This document shows, one piece after another, positions 45,820 to 54,916 of a DNA stretch of 64,000 bases (its first letter is position 1; every line of letters starts with the position of its first letter). Source of the stretch: Nanobdellota archaeon. GTDB lineage: Archaea > Aenigmatarchaeota > Aenigmatarchaeia > QMZP01. Below the pieces are notes generated by a model. That model was not told the DNA's origin, made no database searches, and was given only the letters and a program-made list of their open reading frames with translations. The stretch covers positions 470,834-534,833 of the forward strand of contig JAHIVW010000003.1 of the NCBI GenBank assembly GCA_018816245.1, given 5' to 3'. The position numbers were made by a program, and so were the translations under genes.

Positions 45820-46515
45820 GTGTTCATGGACCGGGTGAAAACATACATTGAAGGACTTGATACGATTCTTAGTGGCGGCATCCCGGAAAATCAAGTCGTC
45901 CTCCTCACTGGAACGAGCGGTACTGGCAAAACTATCCTGTCCTCCCAGTACATGTACAACGGCGCCATGAAGAACCAGCCAGGCGTCTACCTCTCGTTTG
46001 AAGAGCCAGCCTCCATGATCCGGGAGAACATGAAGGAGTTTGGCATGGACTTCGCCAAACTTGAGCACGCCAAAAAGTTCGCCTTCATGAAATACGAGCC
46101 TTATCGTATTGAGGATATCAATGAAATGTTGGAATCAACTATTCGTGAGATTGGTGCCCGCCGGGTGGTTATTGATTCCGTTTCAGCACTCGGCCTTCAC
46201 ATCCGTGATCAGGCGGCACTCCGAGAATTGATCTTCAAACTATCGATCACACTCCGTAATTTAAATTGCACGACAATTATGGTCTCGGAAATTGTCCAGG
46301 GAAAAAGCCCTCGCCTCTCCCGTTATGGTGTTGAGGAATTCGTTGCTGATGGTGTGATTGTCCTTTATTACGAACGCTTCCAGAGCACCTTCAACCGCGG
46401 GATCCAGGTTTGGAAGCTCCGGGGAAGCAGCCATTCCATGAAGATTCATCCCTATGTTATTGACAAGAAGGGTATAACCGTCAACCCTGAAGATGATATG
46501 TTCATTCGAACGTGA
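45820..46515 (+). CDS. KaiC/RecA-superfamily ATPase, FlaH-like
   Basis: Walker A LLTGTSGTGKT, Walker B RVVIDSVSAL. Size of 231 aa and position directly upstream of a FlaI-like ATPase. Confidence 0.7.
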   Translation: MFMDRVKTYIEGLDTILSGGIPENQVVLLTGTSGTGKTILSSQYMYNGAMKNQPGVYLSFEEPASMIRENMKEFGMDFAKLEHAKKFAFMKYEPYRIEDINEMLESTIREIGARRVVIDSVSALGLHIRDQAALRELIFKLSITLRNLNCTTIMVSEIVQGKSPRLSRYGVEEFVADGVIVLYYERFQSTFNRGIQVWKLRGSSHSMKIHPYVIDKKGITVNPEDDMFIRT

Positions 46516-46548
46516 AAGGCCTTTTAAGGCCTCGTTTGCTCATTACAT

Positions 46549-48255
46549 ATGAGTATGCCTTCAATGAAGTTTTCAAAATTTCGGGGGTCACTTCGTAATA
46601 AAATCAAGCGTGTCACCACAACGAAGCAGTATCCTCCGTTCCAGGTCCGGGAAACCCGCCATCTCATCATTCTTCCCGCCTACACTGATTGTAAGAAGAT
46701 TGATGTTCGCTATCCGTTACTCGAGCCGTTCGCGCATGCCCACGTCTACTGGATGCCCGAGGAAAAGCGTATCCAGTATGATGTTGTGCAACCCGAACTG
46801 ACCGATGAAGACGAATTGAACCTTGATAAAATCGAAAAGGCGCTCCTTGAACTGATTGATGTCAAGATTTCCGTGGTCAAGGAAGAAACCGCGACAATTG
46901 AGTACCTTGAACAGAAAGTGACGAGCATTATCGACGAACTCGATATCACCCTGCCGCTCGATCGCTATGCGCGCATTATGTATTACATTTATCGCGACTT
47001 CTTCGGGATCAATGAACTCGAACCATTGATGCACGACCCGTACATCGAAGACATCGACTGTTCTGGTCTGAACAGCCCGGTGTTCATTACCCACCGCCGG
47101 TTCGGCAATATCCAGACCAATGTCATCTTTCAGGATGCTGATGTATTTTCCAAGTTCATTATTAAACTCTCCGAGCGCGCTGGCCGCTACATCTCCTATG
47201 CAAGCCCACTTTTGGATGGGAGCCTCCCCGATGGCAGCCGTATCCAGGCGTCCCTTGCCCGCGATGTCACAACGCGCGGTCCCACCTTTTCCATCCGCCG
47301 CTTCCGAAGGAATCCATTTTCCCCGATTGATATCATGAACATGAAGACTGCGTCTTCGCTTGTCATGGCATACATGTGGTTTGTCGTCCAATATAGTGCG
47401 AGCATCCTCATCACGGGCGGTGTTTCCACAGGGAAAACAACCCTGCTTAACACACTTTCGATGTTCATTCCTCCCGAAGACAGGATCATCTCTATCGAAG
47501 ATACTCGCGAAATCAACCTCCCTCACGAGAACTGGGTCCCGTCTGTGTCACGAACAGGGTTCGGTGTCCCACAAGCGTCAGGAAAAAAATACGGCGAAGT
47601 CGATCTGTTTGATTTGCTCAAGGAATCCTTCCGGCAGAACCCCGATTACGTGATTGTCGGAGAGGTCCGGGGAAAAGAAGCCTATGTCCTCTTCCAAGGG
47701 ATGTCCAGCGGGCACCCGTCAATTGGCACCATCCACGCCGGAAGTGCTGATGATGTTATCAAGCGTCTGGAAACCCCTCCCATTGAATTATCAACATCGC
47801 TCATCGAAGCGCTTGATGTGTTGGTAGTGATGACGTCTGCGCGCGAGAAAGGTGAATCTGCCCGCCGGATCAAAGAAGTTGTTGAAATCCAATCAATTGA
47901 CGCGAAAACAGGAAGGGCGCACACCATCAAGAGCTTTGGGTGGATCCCGTCAACTGATGCTTTCAAGGAAAATCTTATTGACTCCGAAGTGCTGAAGCGG
48001 ATTTCATTTGAGCGTGGCATGTCGTTCGCAACGATCCTCGAAGAAATCACCCGCCGGCAGCATATTTTGGAATGGATGCAGAAATTTAATGTTGTTCAGT
48101 TTGGTGACGTGGCTCAGCTGATCAATTTGTACTATAAGGATCCAGCGACTATCCTGAAATGGGTTTCAAGTGGAGAACCGCCAGTTCAGCGGACAACCAA
48201 GAAAGGGGTGCTTGAAACTACAACAACTGGTCTCAGGGTCCTGAGGAACCCATGA
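46549..48255 (+). CDS. Type II/IV secretion-system ATPase, archaeal FlaI/PilB (VirB11/TadA) family
   Basis: Walker A ITGGVSTGKTTLLNTLS, Asp box RIISIEDTREI, Walker B DYVIVGEVRGKEA, His box. 568 aa as for FlaI. Confidence 0.8.
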   Translation: MSMPSMKFSKFRGSLRNKIKRVTTTKQYPPFQVRETRHLIILPAYTDCKKIDVRYPLLEPFAHAHVYWMPEEKRIQYDVVQPELTDEDELNLDKIEKALLELIDVKISVVKEETATIEYLEQKVTSIIDELDITLPLDRYARIMYYIYRDFFGINELEPLMHDPYIEDIDCSGLNSPVFITHRRFGNIQTNVIFQDADVFSKFIIKLSERAGRYISYASPLLDGSLPDGSRIQASLARDVTTRGPTFSIRRFRRNPFSPIDIMNMKTASSLVMAYMWFVVQYSASILITGGVSTGKTTLLNTLSMFIPPEDRIISIEDTREINLPHENWVPSVSRTGFGVPQASGKKYGEVDLFDLLKESFRQNPDYVIVGEVRGKEAYVLFQGMSSGHPSIGTIHAGSADDVIKRLETPPIELSTSLIEALDVLVVMTSAREKGESARRIKEVVEIQSIDAKTGRAHTIKSFGWIPSTDAFKENLIDSEVLKRISFERGMSFATILEEITRRQHILEWMQKFNVVQFGDVAQLINLYYKDPATILKWVSSGEPPVQRTTKKGVLETTTTGLRVLRNP

Positions 48256-48398
48256 AGCGCTGCCCGGTGTGCAAAGGCACGGATATCACCCTCATGATTG
48301 GGGGCATCACTGGTAAGTTCCAGTGCCGCTGCGGCTATCAGGGCCCGCTCGTGATCGAAGACGAGAAGGGTGTTTATAAAAAGAAAGGCCATCATTAA
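48252..48398 (+). CDS. Small zinc-ribbon protein (48 aa), start overlapping the FlaI-like stop (ATGA)
   Basis: MKRCPVCKGTDITLMIGGITGKFQCRCGYQGPLVIEDEKGVYKKKGHH (CxxC ... CxC). Under 60 aa, so absent from the ORF track. Confidence 0.35.
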   Translation: MKRCPVCKGTDITLMIGGITGKFQCRCGYQGPLVIEDEKGVYKKKGHH

Positions 48399-48417
48399 TC
48401 TCAACCTTTGTGATCTC

Positions 48418-49953
48418 ATGGCACTCAAGGAATCCTATCTGCGGGTCTTAGAGCTCTTGCCTTCTATCCGGGACCCAGAACAAAAGCAATCTCTCCGCAC
48501 GCGGCTGAAGTGGACCGGGCTCATCCTGATCCTCTTCTTCATTATGGGGCAGACCTTTGTCTACGGGGTCGATCCAGGGAGTGCCCAGCAGCTCCGGTTC
48601 CTGGAGATTCTTTTGGGATCATCCTTTGGGTCGCTCATGAGTCTTGGCATCGGCCCGGTCGTGACCGCCAGTATCATCTTGCAGCTGCTCGTGGGATCAA
48701 AAATCATTCCGATTAACGTGACGTCGCCTGATGGGCGGCGGCTCTTCCAGGGAACACAGAAACTCTTGGCAATCCTCCTTTCCTTCATCGAAGGAGCGGT
48801 CTATGTGCTCTTTGGTGCTGTCCCTGCATCTGACCCGTCTTTCGTCTGGCTTGTGATCCTCCAACTCGCCGCCGGTGGTATTATTGTCGTCTACATGGAC
48901 GAGATCATCCAGAAATGGGGATTCGGCAGCGGGATCTCTCTCTTTATCGTTGCCGGTGTCGCCAAAACAATCATTGTCCGAACCTTTAATCCATTGACCC
49001 AAGCAGGAGGCTTCCCGGGACCAGGAAACCCACCATCAGGCATCATTCCCTTCATGATTACAACCATTATTGAGGGTCAACCTCTCCAGGCGCTCTTTGC
49101 AGCATTACCGCTTCTGGCAACCATTATCGTCTTCCTGATTGCGGTGTATGCCAACGAGATCAAAGTTGAAGTCCCGCTCGCATACGGCAACCTCCGCGGA
49201 TTCGGCCGCCGCTGGCCACTGAAGTTCCTCTACACGTCGAACATTCCTGTCATCCTGATTGCAGCGCTTTTGGCGAACATCCTCCTCTTCGGGAGAATGA
49301 TGGCAAACAGCGGCCAGGAATGGATCGGCCAGTTCGATGCCAATGGCAACCCTATTGGCGGCCTCATCTACCTCCTTACCCCACCCAGCACGATTGAGGT
49401 CACGGGTGTGATGATCACAATTGGGTTGTTCGCGCTCCTCGGTGCGTTTGTCGCGAACACGATCAAGCAGTCAGCCCTCAAGATCACCGCAGGGTTCGGG
49501 GTCCTTGGTATTGTTGTCTGGTATGCGCTAATATTTTCCCTCAATCTTTCGTCTCTTGCCGTCATCCCACTGATCGACTTCGCCCGGCTCGGGTTGTATG
49601 CCGCTGTCCTTATTGGCGGGTCAATGCTCTTCTCGTACTTCTGGATGACCACTGCGGGAATGGATCCAAAATCAGTCGCAAACCAGATCGACAACATTGG
49701 GATGCAGATTCCTGGCTACCGACGTGATGTGCGCATCATTGAAGGGGTCTTGCAGCGGTACATTCCTGCACTTACCATCCTTGGAGGTGCAGCAATCGGG
49801 ATGCTTGCCTCGTATGCAGATTTCACGAATGCGATTGGAACAGGCACGGGGATTCTCCTGGCAGCCTTGATCATTTACCAGTTCTACGAACAGCTTGCAG
49901 CGCAGCAACTCGAAGATCTGAACCCAGCGCTGCGGAAGTTCCTCGGGCAGTAG
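48418..49953 (+). CDS. secY: Preprotein translocase subunit SecY (Sec61 alpha)
   Basis: SecY signature SLMSLGIGPVVTASIILQLL, second signature region GSGISLFIVAGVAKTII, 10-TM topology, N-terminus like archaeal SecY. Start MALKESYLRVLELLPSIR at 48418. Confidence 0.9.
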   Translation: MALKESYLRVLELLPSIRDPEQKQSLRTRLKWTGLILILFFIMGQTFVYGVDPGSAQQLRFLEILLGSSFGSLMSLGIGPVVTASIILQLLVGSKIIPINVTSPDGRRLFQGTQKLLAILLSFIEGAVYVLFGAVPASDPSFVWLVILQLAAGGIIVVYMDEIIQKWGFGSGISLFIVAGVAKTIIVRTFNPLTQAGGFPGPGNPPSGIIPFMITTIIEGQPLQALFAALPLLATIIVFLIAVYANEIKVEVPLAYGNLRGFGRRWPLKFLYTSNIPVILIAALLANILLFGRMMANSGQEWIGQFDANGNPIGGLIYLLTPPSTIEVTGVMITIGLFALLGAFVANTIKQSALKITAGFGVLGIVVWYALIFSLNLSSLAVIPLIDFARLGLYAAVLIGGSMLFSYFWMTTAGMDPKSVANQIDNIGMQIPGYRRDVRIIEGVLQRYIPALTILGGAAIGMLASYADFTNAIGTGTGILLAALIIYQFYEQLAAQQLEDLNPALRKFLGQ

Positions 49954-49985
49954 GTTATTAAGATCCCTGCCAAATACAACCTTGG

Positions 49986-50576
49986 ATGGCAACGATTCTG
50001 TTGTTTGGTCTCCCTGATGTTGGAACAGAGGCACTCCTCCACTTGACTGTTTCCCATCCACGGGCGAACGGCCCGCAGTTCATGGTGCACCATCTGCTTG
50101 ATGCGGTCCCTCCACGGAAACGTATTACCCCGGAAAAGCTGCCGCTCATTGTTCGGTCGGTGACCGACAAATTCGAGCGGTTGCTCCACGCTGCAGCGAA
50201 CACCAACGAGAAACATATCCTGATTACCAGTCCAATCATCCTTCCCACACAACTCGGCTACAGCCCGCTCTTTCCAACAAAGATCTTCACCGGGCACAAG
50301 ATCGATCTGATTGTCCTTACTGAAGCGAAGACAACATTCATCAGGACACCAAGCGTCACCATGCTTCCAAAAGGATTTATCTCCTTTAAACAACTCGAGC
50401 AGCTTGAGGAGTTGCAGCACATTCAGCGCTCGCTTGCGGCCCATATCGCTGCACAATGTGGTGCGCCACTTGCTGTGGTGACGATTGACCGGAACAATAT
50501 GAAGCCAAGTGTTCACACTCTCCTTGATCTTCTGGATCTCGTGGCAAAACCATTTAAACCTTCCCGCGGAGGGTGA
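49986..50576 (+). CDS. Archaeal-type adenylate kinase (AdkA) homologue with a degenerate P-loop
   Basis: Occupies the canonical adk slot after secY. Aligns with AdkA (ILLFGLPDVGTEALL versus GxPGxGK/S-T-T; PTQLGYSPLFP versus PxGYLPGLP), but the P-loop Gly4 is replaced by Asp and the Lys/Ser-Thr positions by Thr-Glu-Ala. Confidence 0.55.
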   Translation: MATILLFGLPDVGTEALLHLTVSHPRANGPQFMVHHLLDAVPPRKRITPEKLPLIVRSVTDKFERLLHAAANTNEKHILITSPIILPTQLGYSPLFPTKIFTGHKIDLIVLTEAKTTFIRTPSVTMLPKGFISFKQLEQLEELQHIQRSLAAHIAAQCGAPLAVVTIDRNNMKPSVHTLLDLLDLVAKPFKPSRGG

Positions 50577-50580
50577 TGCT

Positions 50581-51207
50581 ATGGCACCGCTCCTCGAACT
50601 TGTCCTCTATTCACTCTTGCTTTCCTTTGTCCTCTCGCTCGCCTACCGGTTCCTCACGAATCCAGAGCACCTCCGCCAGTCAAAAGCGAACGTGAAGATT
50701 TTCCGAGAGAAGATGAACGACGCAAAGAAGGCAGGCAACACCCAAGAAATGAACAAGTACCTGAGCGAGATGATGAAGGCGAACCAAGTGCAGATGAAAG
50801 CGAACATGAAGCCGATGATTGCATCTATGATCATCTTTTTTATTGCCCTCGGTTTCCTTGCCTCGTTTGGGCCAAGCGTTGTTGCGGAACCACAAGACAA
50901 CATGCTCCAGTTCGGGGAACCGTTCAATGCCTCAGGAAGCCTTGAAGACGGTGTCCTGGCCCTTGACCAGAACGGGAACGGGGATGTGCATGACGATCCC
51001 CTCCTGATGAATGGTGAGGTGTTCCAGCGCGGCGAGTATTACTGGCAGGTCGAGCTTGGCGAGACAACGACGAAACTGAACGCGCAGCTTGCCCGGTCGC
51101 CGATCGAATTCCCCTGGCTCGGCCACTACCTGAACTGGTTCTGGATATATCTCCTGGTGACCATCCCGTTCACGATCGTCTTCCGGAAGTTGCTGGGCGC
51201 GGAGTAG
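50581..51207 (+). CDS. DUF106 (archaeal YidC/Oxa1/EMC3-like) membrane protein
   Basis: MAPLLELVLYSLLLSFVLSLAYRFLT... K/E/M-rich coiled hairpin (MKANQVQMKANMKPM) then TM. Conserved position after adk in the archaeal secY operon. Confidence 0.65.
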   Translation: MAPLLELVLYSLLLSFVLSLAYRFLTNPEHLRQSKANVKIFREKMNDAKKAGNTQEMNKYLSEMMKANQVQMKANMKPMIASMIIFFIALGFLASFGPSVVAEPQDNMLQFGEPFNASGSLEDGVLALDQNGNGDVHDDPLLMNGEVFQRGEYYWQVELGETTTKLNAQLARSPIEFPWLGHYLNWFWIYLLVTIPFTIVFRKLLGAE

Positions 51208-51239
51208 GATAAATCTTTGCTGTCCCAACAAAAGGGTGT

Positions 51240-51776
51240 ATGCGCTATCGTGCTTTTGTTGAACCAGAAGTCCGATTTGAAGGTATCCAGCTTCGCGTTC
51301 CGGAGATCAAGCTTCTTGACCAATCCCTGTATGAAGATCCTCGCCTCTATATTGAGCAAGGCGGTGGGGCGTATACAGCAGATATCTCGGCACGGAGCGA
51401 CGACTGTCCTCTTCCATGTGCTCTTTTACGAGAAAAATGCGTTCCGTATCTCGATGAGATTCAGGTATGGCGTCCCGAAACCCATCCATCTCGTAAGGAT
51501 TTCTTTCTTGCCTTTCCTCAAGAGAATGGTGTTGGGCCAATCGTGGAAGCGCTTGAGGAAGCGTATACCGGTCGTATCTTTGTCGCCTGTTTCCCGAGAC
51601 TCGTGGGGAAACGAAGAAACGGACGTGGAAGCCCACCGAAAGGAAAGATCCTGGTCATGGAAGGGTCCGCTGTTGATGCGTACCGCATTCAGTATGCTGT
51701 TCGAGAAGATTTTACCTTGACAAGCGGCGGCAACGCCATTGCGATCGAGAATGATCAATACGTTGCTTCGTTCTGA
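51240..51776 (+). CDS. Hypothetical protein (178 aa), weakly supported. Lies where cmk is usually found, but has no P-loop.
   Basis: Longest ORF with acceptable composition in a region where several frames are open. No motif. Confidence 0.3.
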   Translation: MRYRAFVEPEVRFEGIQLRVPEIKLLDQSLYEDPRLYIEQGGGAYTADISARSDDCPLPCALLREKCVPYLDEIQVWRPETHPSRKDFFLAFPQENGVGPIVEALEEAYTGRIFVACFPRLVGKRRNGRGSPPKGKILVMEGSAVDAYRIQYAVREDFTLTSGGNAIAIENDQYVASF

Positions 51777-51893
51777 GATCATAATGGACACTGCCACGCG
51801 GTATTCCCATCTGGTTGCCGCTGCTTTGGGGGATGATGGCACTGATGCTGCACCGGTTTGCCCGTTCGTTGCTGGTCGTGCTGCGCTGGAGTA

Positions 51894-51901
51894 CTTAAAT
51901 A
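51894..51901 (+). promoter_or_regulatory. TATA box for tRNA-Tyr
   Basis: cttaaata lies 25-32 nt upstream of the tRNA 5' end at 51926. Confidence 0.55.
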
Positions 51902-51925
51902 GTCACCGACCACACTATTCCTACA

Positions 51926-51997
51926 CCCGGGGTAGCTCAATGGTAGAGCAGTCGGCTGTAGACCGACGTGTTGGGAGTTCGATTCTCCTCCCCGGGA
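51926..51997 (+). tRNA. tRNA-Tyr (anticodon GUA), intronless, with the archaeal/eukaryal C1-G72 pair
   Basis: CCCGGGG-UA-GCUC-AAUGGUA-GAGC-A-GUCGG-CUGUAGA-CCGAC-GUGUU-GGGAG-UUCGAUU-CUCCU-CCCCGGG-A. All stems pair. 72 nt. Confidence 0.85.
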
Positions 51998-51998
51998 T

Positions 51999-52400
51999 AT
52001 GGATACTCCTTCACTCGATGAGATCATTGCAAAGAGTCCTGTTGTTGTTCATTCAGAGCGATTTGCGTATCTTCAGACAGACAACCCTCCTTCCGATGGA
52101 TGTTTTGCAGTTGTTACGGACGCCGACGAAACAACGGTGATCGCGCCGGAGAAACGAGTTCCTGACATCCCGCATCAGAAGGTAGAAAAATGGTTCCGAC
52201 TCTTGGAATTCCAGATTATTGTCCCGTTCAAGGGTGTCGGGTTCCTGGCAACGATCGCGAAAACGCTCGCTGACCAAGAAATGAACATTCTTATCTGTTC
52301 AACGTTCTCGAAAGATTTCTTCCTTGTTCACGAAGAAGATCTTGAAACAGCGGTCCGTGCCTTAATTGAACGCGGCTTTACGATCCATCAAGAAAATTAG
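51999..52400 (+). CDS. Hypothetical small cytoplasmic protein (133 aa), possibly an ACT-like regulatory domain
   Basis: ORF starts 2 nt after tRNA-Tyr. Beta-alpha-beta style pattern (IIVPFKGVGFLATIAKTLADQEMNILICSTFSKDFFLV). Confidence 0.45.
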   Translation: MDTPSLDEIIAKSPVVVHSERFAYLQTDNPPSDGCFAVVTDADETTVIAPEKRVPDIPHQKVEKWFRLLEFQIIVPFKGVGFLATIAKTLADQEMNILICSTFSKDFFLVHEEDLETAVRALIERGFTIHQEN

Positions 52401-53758
52401 CGAACAACAACCCGCTGGCTCTTCAGGTACTTCTTCTCGTCGCGGCTGTCAACGTAGCGCATCCGGGCAGGCGGCATCTTGAGCGCCCCGCCAACAAGCG
52501 TGTTCACTTTGTAGGAGAGCAAGCGCGTCTCGCGGGGTGCCATATCCCCGAGGTTCCACACCAGCTCGGTGCCATCCGGTGTCTTCCGAACAACCGGCTT
52601 CACGGACTCGTAGGCTGTATCATCGAGCTCAGCGAGCGGCGAGACCGTGTCGCGCACCATGACGTTCTTGATCCTGCGGCCAATTGGATTCCGCACCTCG
52701 ATTACGATGTGGTGGCGGTTCTTTCCCTTTCGCCGTGAGCCCTTCCGCATCCGCGGCCTGGTTTGGTGATAGATAAGCAAGGTCCCGGCAAGCACGATCA
52801 TGATCCCTCCAAGGGTCGCCTGGAGTACTGATGGCCATTTCTGGATGGCGTAGGTAAAGACAACTTCCTGACCAGGTCGCACATCGTTCTGTGCACTGAC
52901 GCAATCACGTTCACCCTGTGCATTGGTTGCAGTACAGACTGTTGGATTAACAGCAAAGCCACTGATAAGGTCCCGATCATGCACTGTTTGTTCAACGACA
53001 ACATCAGCCGGAACGTTCCCAACGTTTTCGTATCGGTAGATCACTTTTTTCTCCAGTGGTGTGTTCACTTCTTCAACGGTCCGGATGATTTTCTCAACAA
53101 CCGGAACGTCAAAGAATTCTTTTTTGAAGGTGTTTGGTGCAGACACGCGGATCGAATACCTGCCTGGAGAAGCATAGGGATCAAATGAAAATGTTGTTGC
53201 AACTGGTGTGTCTCCGTGTGCCGTGACTTGCGGGACAATCACATCCTCAAGCACAACGCCGTCTGGGGACATGAGTTCGATAAGGACATCTTCGGTTCGG
53301 GGATCAGTGGAGGCGATCACGGTGGTGACCTTCAATGTTGTTCCTTCCCGGACCATATCAATGGAATCAACCGCAAACCGCTTGAAGACGTCAATAGTGA
53401 ACGTGTCTCCTTTCTTCAATGCCGGATTCGTGAAAGACGTTGCTCTGATTGTGAACGGGAAGGTCCCAACCTCATCACCGCTGACATACACGCCGAGATT
53501 TATTTTTCTCGTTTCCTGGGACTTCATATTCAGGAGAATGTAACTCTGCGTCAACCATTCCTTATGCTTTCCTTCAATGTTGATGAGGTACTTATCAGCA
53601 CCATTCCCGGAGATCGTGGCCACAAATGTTCCGAAATCTCCAATCGCCATTGTTGCCTGGCGGGGAGCGACAACCACATCAAGCGCACTCGCGAACGGGA
53701 GGGCTACCAAGCTCAGAACCAATGCTGTCAAAAAGACCCCCACCACTCGCATACGCAA
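52397..53758 (-). CDS. Secreted, membrane-anchored protein (453 aa): signal peptide, Ig-like extracellular region, one TM, then a cytoplasmic domain of about 140 aa
   Basis: MRMRVVGVFLTALVLSLVALPFASA signal. TM LGGIMIVLAGTLLIY followed by a basic stretch and a structured C-terminal domain. Confidence 0.65.
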   Translation of the reverse strand: MRMRVVGVFLTALVLSLVALPFASALDVVVAPRQATMAIGDFGTFVATISGNGADKYLINIEGKHKEWLTQSYILLNMKSQETRKINLGVYVSGDEVGTFPFTIRATSFTNPALKKGDTFTIDVFKRFAVDSIDMVREGTTLKVTTVIASTDPRTEDVLIELMSPDGVVLEDVIVPQVTAHGDTPVATTFSFDPYASPGRYSIRVSAPNTFKKEFFDVPVVEKIIRTVEEVNTPLEKKVIYRYENVGNVPADVVVEQTVHDRDLISGFAVNPTVCTATNAQGERDCVSAQNDVRPGQEVVFTYAIQKWPSVLQATLGGIMIVLAGTLLIYHQTRPRMRKGSRRKGKNRHHIVIEVRNPIGRRIKNVMVRDTVSPLAELDDTAYESVKPVVRKTPDGTELVWNLGDMAPRETRLLSYKVNTLVGGALKMPPARMRYVDSRDEKKYLKSQRVVVR

Positions 53759-53860
53759 ACGCCCAAGACTGGTTTCTAATTAGCTGCGAGCTATTTAAAG
53801 GTTGTTTTATTACTCACCAACGAAAACCATGCTTAAAAGAGCAAGGAGCAAAGATACGAT

Positions 53861-54916
53861 ATGGCTCCTGAAACAAACTTCAGCGGAAAACAAACCAAGG
53901 CGCGGAAAGCCGATCATATCCGGATCTGCCTGACCAAGGACGTGAACTTCAAAAAAGGGGCAGGCTTTGACCAGTTCACCTTTGACGCGGTCTCCCTGCA
54001 ACATAATGCGCTCCCTGAAGTGAAACGTGCTGAGATCGACACGAGCACATCCTTTCTGAACAAACCGTTCCGTGCGCCACTGCTGATCAGCCCCATGGTT
54101 GGAGGAACCGAGGAAGCAGAACGGCTGAATAAGCACCTTGCAACAGCAGCTGAGCGGCTCGGTCTTGGAATGGGAGTAGGATCCCAGCGGGCAATGCTCA
54201 AGGATCCGAGTCTTGTCAAGACCTATCTCATCCGGGACGTGGCTCCCTCGATCTTCCTTGCCGGGAATATCGGCGGCGCCCAGCTCCTTGAGTCAACGCC
54301 AAAGGAGATCATTAACCTGGCAACGCAGATCGAGGCTGATGCCCTGTACGTGCACCTGAACCCCGCCCAGGAGCTGGCGCAGCCAGAAGGGGACACGGAC
54401 TGGCGGCAAGTAACCGAACGGATTCGCGTGTTAGCCAAGGCAGCCCCGTTCCCGATTCTCATCAAAGAAGTGGGGAACGGCATCTCTGGTGCTGTTGCCT
54501 CCCGGCTCGTGAAGAACGGTGTTGCGGCCATTGATGTCGCTGGTGCCGGAGGGACGAACTGGGTGAAGGTAGAGCATCACCGCCAGTCTGAAGGATCAGC
54601 ACGGGCAAAACCGTTTTTTGAATGGGGGGTGCCGACGAGCGACTGCATTATCCAAGTCCGGCAGGCAGAACCATTGATTCCCTTGATCGCGTCCGGCGGG
54701 ATCCGGACCGGGAGTGATGTTGCAAAGGCGATTGCACTGGGAGCAAACCTCGCAGGGATTGCAAAACCCTTGCTGCAACCAGCAACGGAAAGCGCGGATG
54801 CAGTGCAGAAAACCCTTGAAACCATTATTGAAGAACTCAAGGATGTGATGTTCTTGGTTGGGGTGAAGTGTATTGCGGATCTTGGAAGCGCAACAATTAG
54901 TGAGAAAGGGAAATAA
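53861..54916 (+). CDS. fni: Isopentenyl-diphosphate delta-isomerase type 2 (FMN-dependent IDI-2)
   Basis: KADHIRICL, ALPEVKRAEIDTSTSFLNKPFRAPLLISPMVGGTEEAERLNKHLATAAERLGLGMGVGSQR, and the glycine-rich FMN-binding C-terminal half. Confidence 0.85.
   Translation: MAPETNFSGKQTKARKADHIRICLTKDVNFKKGAGFDQFTFDAVSLQHNALPEVKRAEIDTSTSFLNKPFRAPLLISPMVGGTEEAERLNKHLATAAERLGLGMGVGSQRAMLKDPSLVKTYLIRDVAPSIFLAGNIGGAQLLESTPKEIINLATQIEADALYVHLNPAQELAQPEGDTDWRQVTERIRVLAKAAPFPILIKEVGNGISGAVASRLVKNGVAAIDVAGAGGTNWVKVEHHRQSEGSARAKPFFEWGVPTSDCIIQVRQAEPLIPLIASGGIRTGSDVAKAIALGANLAGIAKPLLQPATESADAVQKTLETIIEELKDVMFLVGVKCIADLGSATISEKGK

Noticed and set aside
48418-49953. Considered FlaJ/TadC-like because it follows FlaH-like and FlaI-like genes
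   Set aside because: Carries both SecY signatures (SLMSLGIGPVVTASIILQLL; GSGISLFIVAGVAKT) and a SecY-like N-terminus. It is SecY, which is itself the interesting point.
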